Positions 32,110 to 41,852 of a DNA stretch of 64,000 nucleotides are shown here, piece after piece (within the stretch, counting starts at the first letter, position 1; each line of letters begins with the position of its first letter). A program made the translations under genes and the position numbers. Under the pieces are notes generated by a model. The model worked only from the letters and a program-made list of their open reading frames with translations. It was not told where the DNA came from and did no database searches. This DNA comes from Alphaproteobacteria bacterium (lineage in GTDB: Bacteria > Pseudomonadota > Alphaproteobacteria > CALKHQ01). The stretch covers positions 1,344,001 through 1,408,000 of the forward strand of contig CBDDFZ010000001.1 of assembly GCA_965227515.1 (NCBI GenBank), given 5' to 3'.

Positions 32110-32195
32110 CGTCATGCCCGCACTTGTTGCGGGCATCCACGTCTTTGCAACAGGCGATGTAAGGCGTGGATGGCCGGATCAAGTCCGGCCATGAC
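32110..32195. repeat. Family A REP doublet
   Basis: GTCATGCCCGCACTTGTTGCGGGCATCCAC ... GTGGATGGCCGGATCAAGTCCGGCCATGAC. Confidence 0.85.
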
Positions 32196-32211
32196 GATTG
32201 TGTTTCTGAGC

Positions 32212-32646
32212 TCACATTTCGATCTCGCGTTTGGAGGCGAGCAGCGGGTTCGGATGATCGGCCTGCGGTCCGCCGCTTCCGTAGGGCCGGGTGATGATCT
32301 CCAGCAGGTGGCCGTTTGGGTCGTCGAAATAGACGCCGCGCCCATCGTCCCAATGGTTGATCGCACCGGGATTGTTGCGGAACGGATCGGCCCAATGGTC
32401 CATGCCGCGTTGCCTGATCTTGTTGAAAATGTCGTCAAATTCGTCCTCGGAGACCAGGAACGCGAAATGACGCTGCCTGATCTCGCCATCGTCGTCGACG
32501 AAATCTATAGACGTGTCGCCGACCTGGACCACCGCGAACGGCCCCATGGCGACCGGCGCCGGCAGTCCGAGCAGCTCGGCATAGAACCTCGCCGTCGCCT
32601 CCTTGTTGCGGGCGCTGGCGATGGTGTGGTTGAGCTGGATGGCCAT
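32212..32646 (-). CDS. VOC family protein
   Basis: LNHTI, HFAFLV, GRGVYFDDPNGHLLEI. Confidence 0.9.
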   Translation of the reverse strand: MAIQLNHTIASARNKEATARFYAELLGLPAPVAMGPFAVVQVGDTSIDFVDDDGEIRQRHFAFLVSEDEFDDIFNKIRQRGMDHWADPFRNNPGAINHWDDGRGVYFDDPNGHLLEIITRPYGSGGPQADHPNPLLASKREIEM

Positions 32647-32763
32647 GGCGCGATCCTCCCTCTTAGTTCGGCTGATCTAGGGCGCGGATGCCTGCACGCA
32701 ACATGCTATAGAGCCGGCGCCGACTTCAGCGTCGGCAGACGACGATCGGACAGTGGAGGGGAC

Positions 32764-34002
32764 ATGGACCTGATCATCCGCAACGCCAACCTGCCGGACG
32801 GGCGCTCCGGCATCGACATCGGCATCGAGGGTGGGCGCATCGCCGCGGTGGAAAAGGCGCTGGGCGCGACGGCGGGCGAGGAGATCGACGCCACCGGCAA
32901 TCTGGTCACGCCGCCGTTCATCGACCCGCATTTCCACATGGATGCGACGCTGAGCCTGGGGTTGCCGCGGATGAACCAGTCCGGCACGCTTCTGGAGGGC
33001 ATCGCGCTGTGGGGCGAGCTCAAGCCCGACCTGACCCAGGAGGCGGTGGCCGAGCGCGCCATCGACTACTGCCGCATGGCCATCGGCCAGGGCCTGCTCG
33101 CCGTGCGCACCCACGTCGACATTTGCGACGACCGCCTGCTGGCAGTGGAGGCGTTGCTCGACGTGAAGAAGCGGATGGCGCCCTACATCGACATCCAGCT
33201 CGTCGCCTTTCCGCAGGACGGCTATTACCGCTACGCCAAGTCCCACGAGAACCTGGTACGCGCGCTCGACATGGGCGTCGACGTGGTCGGCGGCATCCCG
33301 CACTTCGAGCGCACCATGGACGACGGGCGCCGCTCGGTGGCCGCCCTGTGCGAGATCGCGGCGGAGCGCGGGCTGCTGGTCGACATGCACTGCGACGAGA
33401 CCGACGACCCGAACTCGCGCCACATCGAGAGCCTGGCCTTCGAGACCCAGCGGCTGGGGCTGGAAGGGCGGGTCAACGGCTCGCACCTCACCTCCATGCA
33501 CTCCATGGACAACTACTACGTCTCCAAACTGATCCCGCTGATAGCCGAGGCCGAAGTGTCGGCCATCGCCAACCCGCTGATCAACATCACCATCCAGGGG
33601 CGCCACGACACCTACCCCAAGCGGCGCGGCATGACCCGGGTGCCGGAGCTGATGGCCGCTGGCATCACTTGCGCCTTCGGCCACGACTGCGTGATGGACC
33701 CCTGGTACTCCATGGGCAGCGCCGACATGCTGGAAGTGGCGCACATGGGCCTGCACGTGGCGCAGATGACGGCGCTGGACCAGATCGACGCCTGCTTCCA
33801 GGCGGTCACCGCCAACGCGGCCAAGATCCTGCATCTCGACGGCTATGGGCTGGCGCCCGGCTGCAACGCCGACCTTGTGGTGTTGCAGGCGGAGAACCCG
33901 TTCCACGCCATCCGGCTGAAGCCGAACCGGCTCTATGTGCTGCGCCGGGGCAAGGTGATCGCCAGCACCGCGCCCAAGACGGTGGAGCTTGCGCTCGACT
34001 GA
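32764..34002 (+). CDS. codA: Cytosine deaminase-family amidohydrolase
   Basis: DPHFHMD, AFPQDG, GGIPHFE, HCDE, SH, QGRHDTYPKRRG, GHDCVMDPWY; GGAGG RBS. Confidence 0.88.
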   Translation: MDLIIRNANLPDGRSGIDIGIEGGRIAAVEKALGATAGEEIDATGNLVTPPFIDPHFHMDATLSLGLPRMNQSGTLLEGIALWGELKPDLTQEAVAERAIDYCRMAIGQGLLAVRTHVDICDDRLLAVEALLDVKKRMAPYIDIQLVAFPQDGYYRYAKSHENLVRALDMGVDVVGGIPHFERTMDDGRRSVAALCEIAAERGLLVDMHCDETDDPNSRHIESLAFETQRLGLEGRVNGSHLTSMHSMDNYYVSKLIPLIAEAEVSAIANPLINITIQGRHDTYPKRRGMTRVPELMAAGITCAFGHDCVMDPWYSMGSADMLEVAHMGLHVAQMTALDQIDACFQAVTANAAKILHLDGYGLAPGCNADLVVLQAENPFHAIRLKPNRLYVLRRGKVIASTAPKTVELALD

Positions 34003-34021
34003 GCGTCAAATGGACTTCGTC

Positions 34022-34250
34022 GTCGTCCTCGCCCTTGTGGCGAGGACCCATGGGCGTGCCGGCTCGAAGCGAGCCTGACGTAGTCGATCCGCGCGACGCG
34101 ACGTGTGTTTGCCGACCGCCAACCATGCCGAGCTTCGCCTTTAAGTTGTTGAAATACTGGATATAAATGGATCCCCGGGACAAGCCCGAGGATGACGATG
34201 GCGTTATGGCGAGATGTGTCGTTCCAGAGGCGACAAGGGCGAGGACGACG
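34022..34250. repeat. Family A REP cluster (doublet plus partial arm)
   Basis: GTCGTCCTCGCCCTTGTGGCGAGGACCCAT; ATGGATCCCCGGGACAAGCCCGAGGATGAC; GACAAGGGCGAGGACGAC. Confidence 0.85.
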
Positions 34251-34264
34251 ATGGGGTGGTGACC

Positions 34265-34924
34265 CTAACCCTCCTCCGCCGGCAGGCCGTCGATCGTCAG
34301 ATCCATGCGGGTGTCGCCCGTGGTCAGGCCCACCGTCGCGCCGTGCATCGTGCACAACAGCTTGACGAAGCTGGCGCCGACCGTGCGCACCTCCGGCACC
34401 GTCTGGGTGGCCTGCGGGCTGAGCACCGCAATCACGCCCTCCGCCATCTTGATCGCGTCGCCGACCGCCGACACCGAGAGCTTGGCCTTGCCGGCCTGGG
34501 CGCTCTCGTCCAGCGATACCGCCACCTCGCCGCCGCGCGGAATGAATTCGGCGGCCAACGGCACCGCGTTCAGCACCACCTGGGCGGTGTCGATCGGCAG
34601 GGTGACGTAGGCCAGCCCCGGCGACACGGTCCATGCCAGCTTGACCCGCGCGGTTTCCACCACCGGGCGTAGCACCTCCAGCATCGCGTCGGGCGCCTGG
34701 CCCGAACCGCCCGAATAACCGTAGGCGACCCGGTAGTATTGCAGCCGGTCGCGCGCCGCCTGTGCCGAACTGCCGATCAGGTCGAAGGCCTCGTCGTCGG
34801 CCAGCCCGCCACCCTCGCTCGCCAGTTCCAGGCCGTTGTTGACGGCGGCGACGGGGCTGATCAGGTCGTGGCACAGGCGGGACGCCAACAGGCGGGTCAG
34901 GCGCAGCAGTTCGGTGTCGGTCAT
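34265..34924 (-). CDS. chpT: Histidine phosphotransferase ChpT
   Basis: LLASRLCHDLISPVAAVNNGLEL, LQYYRVAYG, IPRGG. Confidence 0.92.
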   Translation of the reverse strand: MTDTELLRLTRLLASRLCHDLISPVAAVNNGLELASEGGGLADDEAFDLIGSSAQAARDRLQYYRVAYGYSGGSGQAPDAMLEVLRPVVETARVKLAWTVSPGLAYVTLPIDTAQVVLNAVPLAAEFIPRGGEVAVSLDESAQAGKAKLSVSAVGDAIKMAEGVIAVLSPQATQTVPEVRTVGASFVKLLCTMHGATVGLTTGDTRMDLTIDGLPAEEG

Positions 34925-35173
34925 AGGGGGTTCCGATGGTCAGTCTTGGCTGGGCAGCGGGGGCGCCGCCATGCGGGGCCGACCGGCTTGCCGGGTGAGG
35001 CAAACAGGCGCATGTTGCGCCGGTCGGTTGCATCAGCATTGGCGATACGCGCTTGTGCCGGGTGCGTCAACCGTCGTGGAAGCAGGGGCTCGGCCTGGGT
35101 GGCGCAGACGCGCGCATTGGCCCGGACATCCCGCTCAATCCCCGCTCAAACCCCATATAACCAAGGACATGGC

Positions 35174-35356
35174 GTGTCATCCTTTCTGGTCCCCGGCGAT
35201 TTCGTGACCCATCCGCAGCGTCCGGAATGGGGCCAGGGCCAGGTGCAGTCGGTCATCGGCGACCGGGTGACGGTGAATTTCGAACACGCCGGCAAGCTTT
35301 TGATCAACACGGCCGTCGTTGACTTGACCCCGCTTGGCGACGACAAACAGGGGTGA
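35174..35356 (+). CDS. DUF3553 family small protein
   Basis: PGDFVTHP.RPEWGQGQVQS...VTVNFEHAGK. Confidence 0.8.
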   Translation: MSSFLVPGDFVTHPQRPEWGQGQVQSVIGDRVTVNFEHAGKLLINTAVVDLTPLGDDKQG

Positions 35357-35362
35357 TCGGTT

Positions 35363-37111
35363 TTGGAGCATGCCTTGAGTAACGACACACCCACGGCCGA
35401 AACGGTTCGCCGGCGTATCCACCCCGGCAGCGGTCGGCGCAACGCGGTGCCCCGGCCCAAGGGACGCGGCGTGTCGGACGCGGCGGTGGCCGAGGTTCAG
35501 GCCCTGATCGGCGACGGACCGCACGCCCGCGACCTGTTGATCGAGCACCTGCACAAGATCCAAGATGCCAACGGCTGCCTGTCGGCCCCGCACATGGCGG
35601 CGCTGGCGCACCTGATGGATCTGGCCCTGGTCGAGGTCTACGAGGTCGCCTCGTTCTACGCCCATTTCGACATCGTGCTGGATGGCGAGGCGCCGCCCGC
35701 GCCGCTGACGGTGCGGGTGTGCGACAGCCTGACCTGCGAGATGATGGGCGCGCAGAAGTTGCTGGCCGATCTGCCGGGGCGGCTGGGCGAAGGCGTGCGC
35801 GTGGTGCGTGCGCCCTGCATGGGGCGCTGCGAGCAGGCGCCGGTGTGCGAGGTCGGCCACAACCATGTCGGCCACGCGACGGCGGACGGCATCGCGGATG
35901 CGGTGGCCGGCGGCGCCACCCATCCGGTGAACCCGGACCACATCGGCCTGGACGCCTATCGCGCCGACGGCGGCTACGCGCTGCTGGAAGCGTGCCGGGA
36001 CGGCACCCGCTCGGTCGACGAGATCATCGAGGCGCTGGAGCATTCCGGCCTGCGCGGGCTGGGCGGTGCGGGCTTTCCCACCGGGCGCAAATGGCGGTTC
36101 GTGCGCCAGGAGCCTGCGCCCCGCCTGATGGCGATCAATGCCGACGAGGGCGAGCCCGGCACCTTCAAGGACCGGGTCTACATGGAGTCCGATCCGCACC
36201 GCTTCCTGGAAGGCACCCTGATCGGCGCCTGGGCGGTGGAGGCGGCGGACGTCTACATCTATTTGCGCGACGAATATCCGGGCCTGCACAAGCTCCTGGC
36301 CGACGAGATCGCGGCGCTGGAGGCGGCGGGGCTCGGCGGTGGGGTGAAGCTCCACCTGCGGCGCGGTGCCGGCGCCTATATCTGCGGCGAGGAATCGGCG
36401 ATGCTGGAGAGCCTGGAGGGCAAGCGCGGGCTGCCGCGTCACAAGCCGCCCTTCCCCAGCCAAGTCGGCCTGTTCGGCCTGCCGACGCTGATCAACAACG
36501 CCGAGACGGTCTATTGGGTGCGCGACATCGTGGAGCGCGGGCCGGACTGGTTCGGCAGCGAGGGCAGGCGGGGCCGCAAGGGCCTGCGCTCGTTCTCGGT
36601 CTCCGGCCGGGTGGCGGCGCCGGGCGTCAAGCTGGCCCCGGCGGGCATTTCGGTGCGCGAGCTGATCGAGGAATATTGCGGCGGCATGGCACCGGGGCAC
36701 AATTTCAAGGGCTACCTGCCAGGCGGCGCCTCCGGCGGCATCCTGCCGGCATCGATGGACGATGTGCCGCTCGACTTCGACACGTTGCAGGACCATGGCT
36801 GCCTGATCGGCTCGGCCGCTGTGGTGGTGCTGTCGGACCAGGACGACATCAAGGCGGTGGCGCTGAACCTGATGCGCTTTTTCGAGGACGAGAGTTGCGG
36901 CCAGTGCACGCCGTGCCGGGTCGGCACCGAGAAGGCGGTGCAGCTGATGGCGCGCCAGGACTGGGACGTGCCGCTGCTGGAGGAACTCTCCACCGCGATG
37001 ATGGACGCGTCGATCTGCGGCCTCGGCCAGGCCGCGCCGAACCCGCTGTTGTGCGCGTTGAAGTATTTCAAGGAGGACCTTGAGCGTAGCCCGGATGAAG
37101 CGTCAGCGTAA
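35363..37111 (+). CDS. NAD-dependent formate dehydrogenase beta subunit (NuoE-NuoF fusion)
   Basis: 2Fe-2S Cys motifs, GLRGLGGAGFPTG, NADEGEPGTFKDR, GAGAYICGEE, SCGQCTPCRVG. Confidence 0.92.
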   Translation: MEHALSNDTPTAETVRRRIHPGSGRRNAVPRPKGRGVSDAAVAEVQALIGDGPHARDLLIEHLHKIQDANGCLSAPHMAALAHLMDLALVEVYEVASFYAHFDIVLDGEAPPAPLTVRVCDSLTCEMMGAQKLLADLPGRLGEGVRVVRAPCMGRCEQAPVCEVGHNHVGHATADGIADAVAGGATHPVNPDHIGLDAYRADGGYALLEACRDGTRSVDEIIEALEHSGLRGLGGAGFPTGRKWRFVRQEPAPRLMAINADEGEPGTFKDRVYMESDPHRFLEGTLIGAWAVEAADVYIYLRDEYPGLHKLLADEIAALEAAGLGGGVKLHLRRGAGAYICGEESAMLESLEGKRGLPRHKPPFPSQVGLFGLPTLINNAETVYWVRDIVERGPDWFGSEGRRGRKGLRSFSVSGRVAAPGVKLAPAGISVRELIEEYCGGMAPGHNFKGYLPGGASGGILPASMDDVPLDFDTLQDHGCLIGSAAVVVLSDQDDIKAVALNLMRFFEDESCGQCTPCRVGTEKAVQLMARQDWDVPLLEELSTAMMDASICGLGQAAPNPLLCALKYFKEDLERSPDEASA

Positions 37112-37118
37112 TCCGGGG
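37086..37118 (+). repeat. GTAG-type REP, left of RAYT
   Basis: GTAG-CCCGGAT...ATCCGGG hairpin. Confidence 0.9.
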
Positions 37119-37146
37119 ACTTGGTCGCATGTGCTGACCTCAGCCG

Positions 37147-37647
37147 GTGGTCCGTTATCGCCGAAACCGTGTGCCGGGCGGCACCTACTTCTTCACGGTG
37201 ACGTTGAGTGATCGGCGGTCGGCGCTACTGGTCGAACGAATCAACGATCTACGGGCAGCTTTTCGCACGGCCAAGCGCGAGCGTCCCTTCATGCTAGATG
37301 CGATCGTCGTGCTGCCGGACCACTTGCACGCGGTCATGACAATGCCGCAGGACGACGCCGACTTCTCCGGGCGCTGGCGCCGCATCAAGGCGCTATTTGC
37401 ACGCAGCCTCGGTGTTTCGCCCTGGCAAAGCCGATTTTGGGAGCACACAATCCGCGACGAGGGCGACTTCGCGCGACACGTGGACTACATCCACTACAAC
37501 CCGGTGAAACACGGCTTGGTGCCGGCGGTTGTGGAGTGGCCCCACTCGTCGTTCCATCGTTATGTACGGGCCGGGATACTGTCCGCCGACTGGGGTGGAT
37601 CGACCGCCGCCGACGAGGGGCAATTCGGCGAGCCGTCGGACAAATAG
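37147..37647 (+). CDS. REP-associated tyrosine transposase (RAYT/TnpA-REP)
   Basis: GGTYFFTV, HUH motif PDHLH, WQSRFWEH, YIHYNPVKHG; flanked by inverted REPs. Confidence 0.95.
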   Translation: MVRYRRNRVPGGTYFFTVTLSDRRSALLVERINDLRAAFRTAKRERPFMLDAIVVLPDHLHAVMTMPQDDADFSGRWRRIKALFARSLGVSPWQSRFWEHTIRDEGDFARHVDYIHYNPVKHGLVPAVVEWPHSSFHRYVRAGILSADWGGSTAADEGQFGEPSDK

Positions 37648-37716
37648 CGATAAATCGTCCCTTGGACGAGTTGGCGCCGTGGTCTAGGACATAGGTAGGA
37701 CTAGGGACTGCTAGAC

Positions 37717-37748
37717 TCCCGGATTACGCTACGCTCCATCCGGGCTAC
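37717..37748 (-). repeat. GTAG-type REP, right of RAYT
   Basis: CCCGGATTACGCT...ATCCGGGCTAC, inverted relative to the left REP. Confidence 0.9.
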
Positions 37749-37789
37749 GCGACCGCGCAAGCTCGCGATGACGGCGAATGGGGAATGCC

Positions 37790-40558
37790 ATGACCGACCG
37801 CATCAGTTTCACCCTCGACGGCCGTGAGGTCGAGGCGGCCCCCGGCGAGACCATCTGGCAGGTGGCGAAGCGCGAGGGCACCGAGATCCCGCACCTGTGC
37901 TACCTGGACGCGCCCGGCTATCGCCCGGACGGCAATTGCCGCGCCTGCATGGTCGAGATCGAGGGCGAGCGCGTGCTCGCCGCCTCGTGCATCCGCAAGC
38001 CGGCCGACGGCATGAAGGTGAAGACCGCGACCGAGCGCGCCAGGACCGCGCGGCGGATGGTGATGGAACTGCTGCTGGCCGACCAGCCGGCGCGCGCGAC
38101 GTCGCATGACCCGGACTCCCGTCTCTGGCAGTGGGCGGACGCCACCGATATCGCCGACAGCCGGTTTCCGGCGCGCGCGACCCCCGCCGACGACATGAGC
38201 CACCCGGCGATGGCGGTGCAGCTCGACGCCTGCATCCACTGCAATCTGTGCGAGCGCGCCTGCCGCGAGGTGCAGGTCAACGACGTCATCGGCATGGCCC
38301 ATCGCGGCGCCCACGCCAAGATCGTGTTCGACTTCGACGACCCGATGGGCGACAGCACCTGCGTCGCCTGCGGCGAGTGCGTCCAGGCCTGCCCCACCGG
38401 CGCGCTGATGCCGAAGACGGTGCTGGACGAGCGTGGCCACAAGGCCCACACCGCCGACCGCACGGTGGACTCGCTCTGCCCCTATTGCGGTGTCGGCTGC
38501 CAGCTCACCTATCACATCAAGGACGACAAGTTGCTGTCGGTCAGCGGGCGCGACGGCCCGTCGAACATGGGCAAGCTCTGCGTGAAGGGGCGGTTCGGCT
38601 TCGACTACGTGCACCACCCACACCGCCTGACCGTGCCGCTGATCCGCAAGGACGGCGTGGCGAAGTCGGCGGAGGACAATGTCGACCCGGCCAACCCGTG
38701 GACCCATTTCCGCGAGGCGACGTGGGAGGAGGCGCTGGACCGCGCCGCCGCCGGGCTGGCGCGCATCCGCGACGAGCATGGCGGCAAGGGACTGGCCGGC
38801 TTCGGTTCGGCCAAGGGCTCCAACGAGGAGGCCTATCTGTTCCAGAAGCTGGTGCGCACCGGCTTCCACACCAACAATGTCGACCACTGCACGCGGCTCT
38901 GCCACGCCTCGTCGGTGGCGGCGCTGATGGAGACCATCGGCTCCGGTGCTGTGACCGCGCCGTTCTGGGAGTGCCTGAACAGCGACGTCATCATGGTGAT
39001 CGGCGCGAACCCGACCGTGAACCACCCGGTGGCCGCCACCTTCATCAAGCAGGCGGCGAAGCGGGGCGCCGAACTGATCGTCTGCGACCCGCGCGGCCAG
39101 GGGCTCAGCCGGCACGCCACCCATCGCCTGCAGTTCCGCGGCGGCACCGACGTCGCGCTCTTGAACGCCATCATGAACGTCATCGTCGCCGAGGGGCTGG
39201 TCGACCAGCAATATGTCGCCGGCTACACCGAGGACTTCGAGCGGCTGAAGGCGCATGTCGCCGCCTTCCCGCCGGAGGACATGGCGCCGATCTGCGGCAT
39301 TCCCGCCGACGAGATCCGCACCGTGGCGCGCAAGTTCGCCACCGCGAAGGCCGCCATCATCTTCTGGGGTATGGGCATCAGCCAGCACGTGCACGGCACC
39401 GACAACGCGCGCTGCCTGATCAGCCTTGCGCTGATGACCGGCCATGTCGGCCGGGCCGGCTCCGGCCTGCACCCGCTGCGTGGCCAGAACAACGTGCAGG
39501 GCGCGTCCGACGTCGGCCTGATCCCGATGGTGTTCCCCGACTACCAGTCGGTGGAGACCGACAGCATCCGCAAGCACTTCGAGGAGGTGTGGGGCGCGGA
39601 GCTGGACCCCAAGCGCGGGCTGACGGTGGTGGAGATCGTCAACGCCATCCTCGGCGATATCATCCGCGGCATGTACATCATGGGCGAGAACCCGGCGATG
39701 TCGGACCCCGACCAGCATCACGCCCGCTCAGCGCTCGCCAAGCTGGAGCACCTGGTGGTGCAGGACATCTTCCTGACCGAGACCGCGTTCCATGCCGACG
39801 TGGTGCTGCCGGCAAGCGCCTTCCCGGAGAAGGATGGCACCTTCACCAACACCAACCGCCAGGTGCAAATGGGCCGCCGCGCGCTGCCGATGCCGGGCCA
39901 GGCGCGCCAGGACTGGGAGCTGATCCAGGAGATCGCCCGGCGCATGGGCCTCGACTGGTCCTACACCCACCCGCGCGACGTGTTCGCCGAGATGCACCGG
40001 GTGATGCCCTCGATCAAGGGCATGAGCTGGGACCGGGTCGACCGCGAGGAGTCGGTGGTCTATCCGGTCGACAGCGAGGACGAGCCCGGCCACGAGGTGA
40101 TCTTCGGCGACGGTTTCCCCACCGCCAGCGGACGCGGCAAGTTCGTGCCGGCCGACGTGCTGCCGCCCGACGAGACCCCCGACGACGACTACCCGATCGT
40201 GCTGACCACAGGCCGCATCCTGGAGCACTGGCATACCGGGGCGATGACCCGGCGGGCCGAGGTGCTGGACGACATCGAGTCGTCGCCGCTGGTGCACATC
40301 CACCCGCGCGACCTGCGCGACATGGGGCTGGAGCCGGGTGCCACCGTGGAGGTCGCCACCCGGCGCGGCGAGATCGTGCTGCAGGCGCGCGCCGACCGCG
40401 ACGTGCCGCGCGGCATGGTGTTCATCCCGTTCTGCTACAACGAGGCGGCAGCCAACATCCTGACCAACCCGCAGCTCGACCCGTTCGGCAAGATCCCGGA
40501 GTTCAAGTATTGCGCGGCACGGGTGCGGCCGGTGCAGGCCGCCGCAGCGGCGGAGTAG
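37790..40558 (+). CDS. fdhF: Formate dehydrogenase alpha subunit (Mo/W-bis-MGD, Cys ligand)
   Basis: N-terminal Fe-S clusters, CPYCGVGC, CTRLCHA, LRGQNNVQG, PEFK. Confidence 0.94.
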   Translation: MTDRISFTLDGREVEAAPGETIWQVAKREGTEIPHLCYLDAPGYRPDGNCRACMVEIEGERVLAASCIRKPADGMKVKTATERARTARRMVMELLLADQPARATSHDPDSRLWQWADATDIADSRFPARATPADDMSHPAMAVQLDACIHCNLCERACREVQVNDVIGMAHRGAHAKIVFDFDDPMGDSTCVACGECVQACPTGALMPKTVLDERGHKAHTADRTVDSLCPYCGVGCQLTYHIKDDKLLSVSGRDGPSNMGKLCVKGRFGFDYVHHPHRLTVPLIRKDGVAKSAEDNVDPANPWTHFREATWEEALDRAAAGLARIRDEHGGKGLAGFGSAKGSNEEAYLFQKLVRTGFHTNNVDHCTRLCHASSVAALMETIGSGAVTAPFWECLNSDVIMVIGANPTVNHPVAATFIKQAAKRGAELIVCDPRGQGLSRHATHRLQFRGGTDVALLNAIMNVIVAEGLVDQQYVAGYTEDFERLKAHVAAFPPEDMAPICGIPADEIRTVARKFATAKAAIIFWGMGISQHVHGTDNARCLISLALMTGHVGRAGSGLHPLRGQNNVQGASDVGLIPMVFPDYQSVETDSIRKHFEEVWGAELDPKRGLTVVEIVNAILGDIIRGMYIMGENPAMSDPDQHHARSALAKLEHLVVQDIFLTETAFHADVVLPASAFPEKDGTFTNTNRQVQMGRRALPMPGQARQDWELIQEIARRMGLDWSYTHPRDVFAEMHRVMPSIKGMSWDRVDREESVVYPVDSEDEPGHEVIFGDGFPTASGRGKFVPADVLPPDETPDDDYPIVLTTGRILEHWHTGAMTRRAEVLDDIESSPLVHIHPRDLRDMGLEPGATVEVATRRGEIVLQARADRDVPRGMVFIPFCYNEAAANILTNPQLDPFGKIPEFKYCAARVRPVQAAAAAE

Positions 40559-40570
40559 CCAGGGCCGCTG

Positions 40571-41206
40571 CTACCGGCCCCACCGTGACCGCAGGGCCGC
40601 AATCGAAGTGAGTTCGGGGCCGATCACGAACGGCACCCCGGCGCCGGCTGACAGGTTGAAGATATCGCCGGGGACCGATTCCCTGACATTGCGGTGGAAG
40701 TCGGCATTGCTGAAACAGCGGTCGTAGATGGGTGTGCCGCCCTGGCTTGGGTCCACGGCCTGGCCGGAAAAATCGAAGCAGATATCGCCCGATGCCGTGT
40801 CGACCTGGTACGGGGTTGCGACCACGCCCGTGTTGCCGGGATACCAGAGGTAGGATCTGCCGTCGGCGCCGTAGTACTCCACCTGTGTGCCGTGCTGGGC
40901 GCTGTAGTGGAGCAGCGTGCGGCCCATGATCTGGGCCGCAGGGTTCGACTGGTTCGACTGGGCCAGAAACGCAGGCTCAGCCCGAGCTGCAATTGGTGCA
41001 ATGGATGGTTCGCTGGCCGCGGCCTGGACGAGCGGGCCGCAACCCAGCAACAGCAGCCAAGCAACCAGGATGTTCAGACGGGCCCGTCCCCTCGACCCCG
41101 CCGGCTTGCGACGGCGCTGGCACATTTGTGCCGAGAGGGCATGGGTGGCGTCGCGCATCTTGCGGCAAGTGCCCCCGGCACAGGGCCGAGGGCACCGAAT
41201 GGGCAA
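40571..41206 (-). CDS. Hypothetical exported protein (true start probably near 41080)
   Basis: Hydrophobic segment followed by an aromatic-rich domain HGTQVEYY...YLWYPGN...C...C. Confidence 0.6.
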   Translation of the reverse strand: MPIRCPRPCAGGTCRKMRDATHALSAQMCQRRRKPAGSRGRARLNILVAWLLLLGCGPLVQAAASEPSIAPIAARAEPAFLAQSNQSNPAAQIMGRTLLHYSAQHGTQVEYYGADGRSYLWYPGNTGVVATPYQVDTASGDICFDFSGQAVDPSQGGTPIYDRCFSNADFHRNVRESVPGDIFNLSAGAGVPFVIGPELTSIAALRSRWGR

Positions 41207-41209
41207 GGA

Positions 41210-41680
41210 CTACTGAACGGCCAGCGGCTTCACCACCGGGGCGTCGTTCTCCATCAGCGGCAGGTCGTTCTCGGTCGCGCCTGTCCTGAACTCGTAGACG
41301 CCGAGCTCGCCGCTGTCGCCGTGCAGCATGGCGATCACCGTGTCGCCGGACGCGACCGGGAACTCCAGCGGCACCACCACATCGGTGTGGCTGCCGGCCT
41401 CCAGGTACAGGTGTCCGATGGAATCCGGCGCGACGATGTCGCCGTTCTCGTCAGTGGCGTGGATCACCACGAAGCCGTCGACCGGCATGTCGACGCTGGC
41501 GACGGTGATGCTGTCGGTCGCGACCTGGTCGGCAACGGTCACCATCGCCATCTCGGGCGCGGTCATTTCGGTTTCCATCTCGGCATCGGCCGAGCCGGAC
41601 GACTGGCATGCCGACAGCAGGGCAGCCGCACCGGCGGCGGCAATGATGGACATGAACGTGCGATGGCTCTGGATCGGCAT
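41210..41680 (-). CDS. Acidic lipoprotein with beta-sandwich (DUF7282-like) domain
   Basis: Lipobox LLSAC; DGFVVIH...IG...AMLH.D; GGGAG RBS. Confidence 0.7.
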   Translation of the reverse strand: MPIQSHRTFMSIIAAAGAAALLSACQSSGSADAEMETEMTAPEMAMVTVADQVATDSITVASVDMPVDGFVVIHATDENGDIVAPDSIGHLYLEAGSHTDVVVPLEFPVASGDTVIAMLHGDSGELGVYEFRTGATENDLPLMENDAPVVKPLAVQ

Positions 41681-41852
41681 GCGAGATCTCCCCAAAAAAG
41701 GTATTGGGCCGGAATGGCCAGACGTGGCCAGGATCGGCCACGAATCATGATTTTCGACACTACAGTCGGGCCAGCGCGCCGGCCAGAGCGTTGCCGCAAG
41801 ATCACGTAGAATTTCTCGTAATGTTTCGTGTCGGGGGCAGGTCCGCGCGGAT

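Noticed and set aside
38880-38910. Selenocysteine in the formate dehydrogenase alpha subunit
   Set aside because: The ligand position is a Cys codon (RLCHA), and the ORF is uninterrupted.
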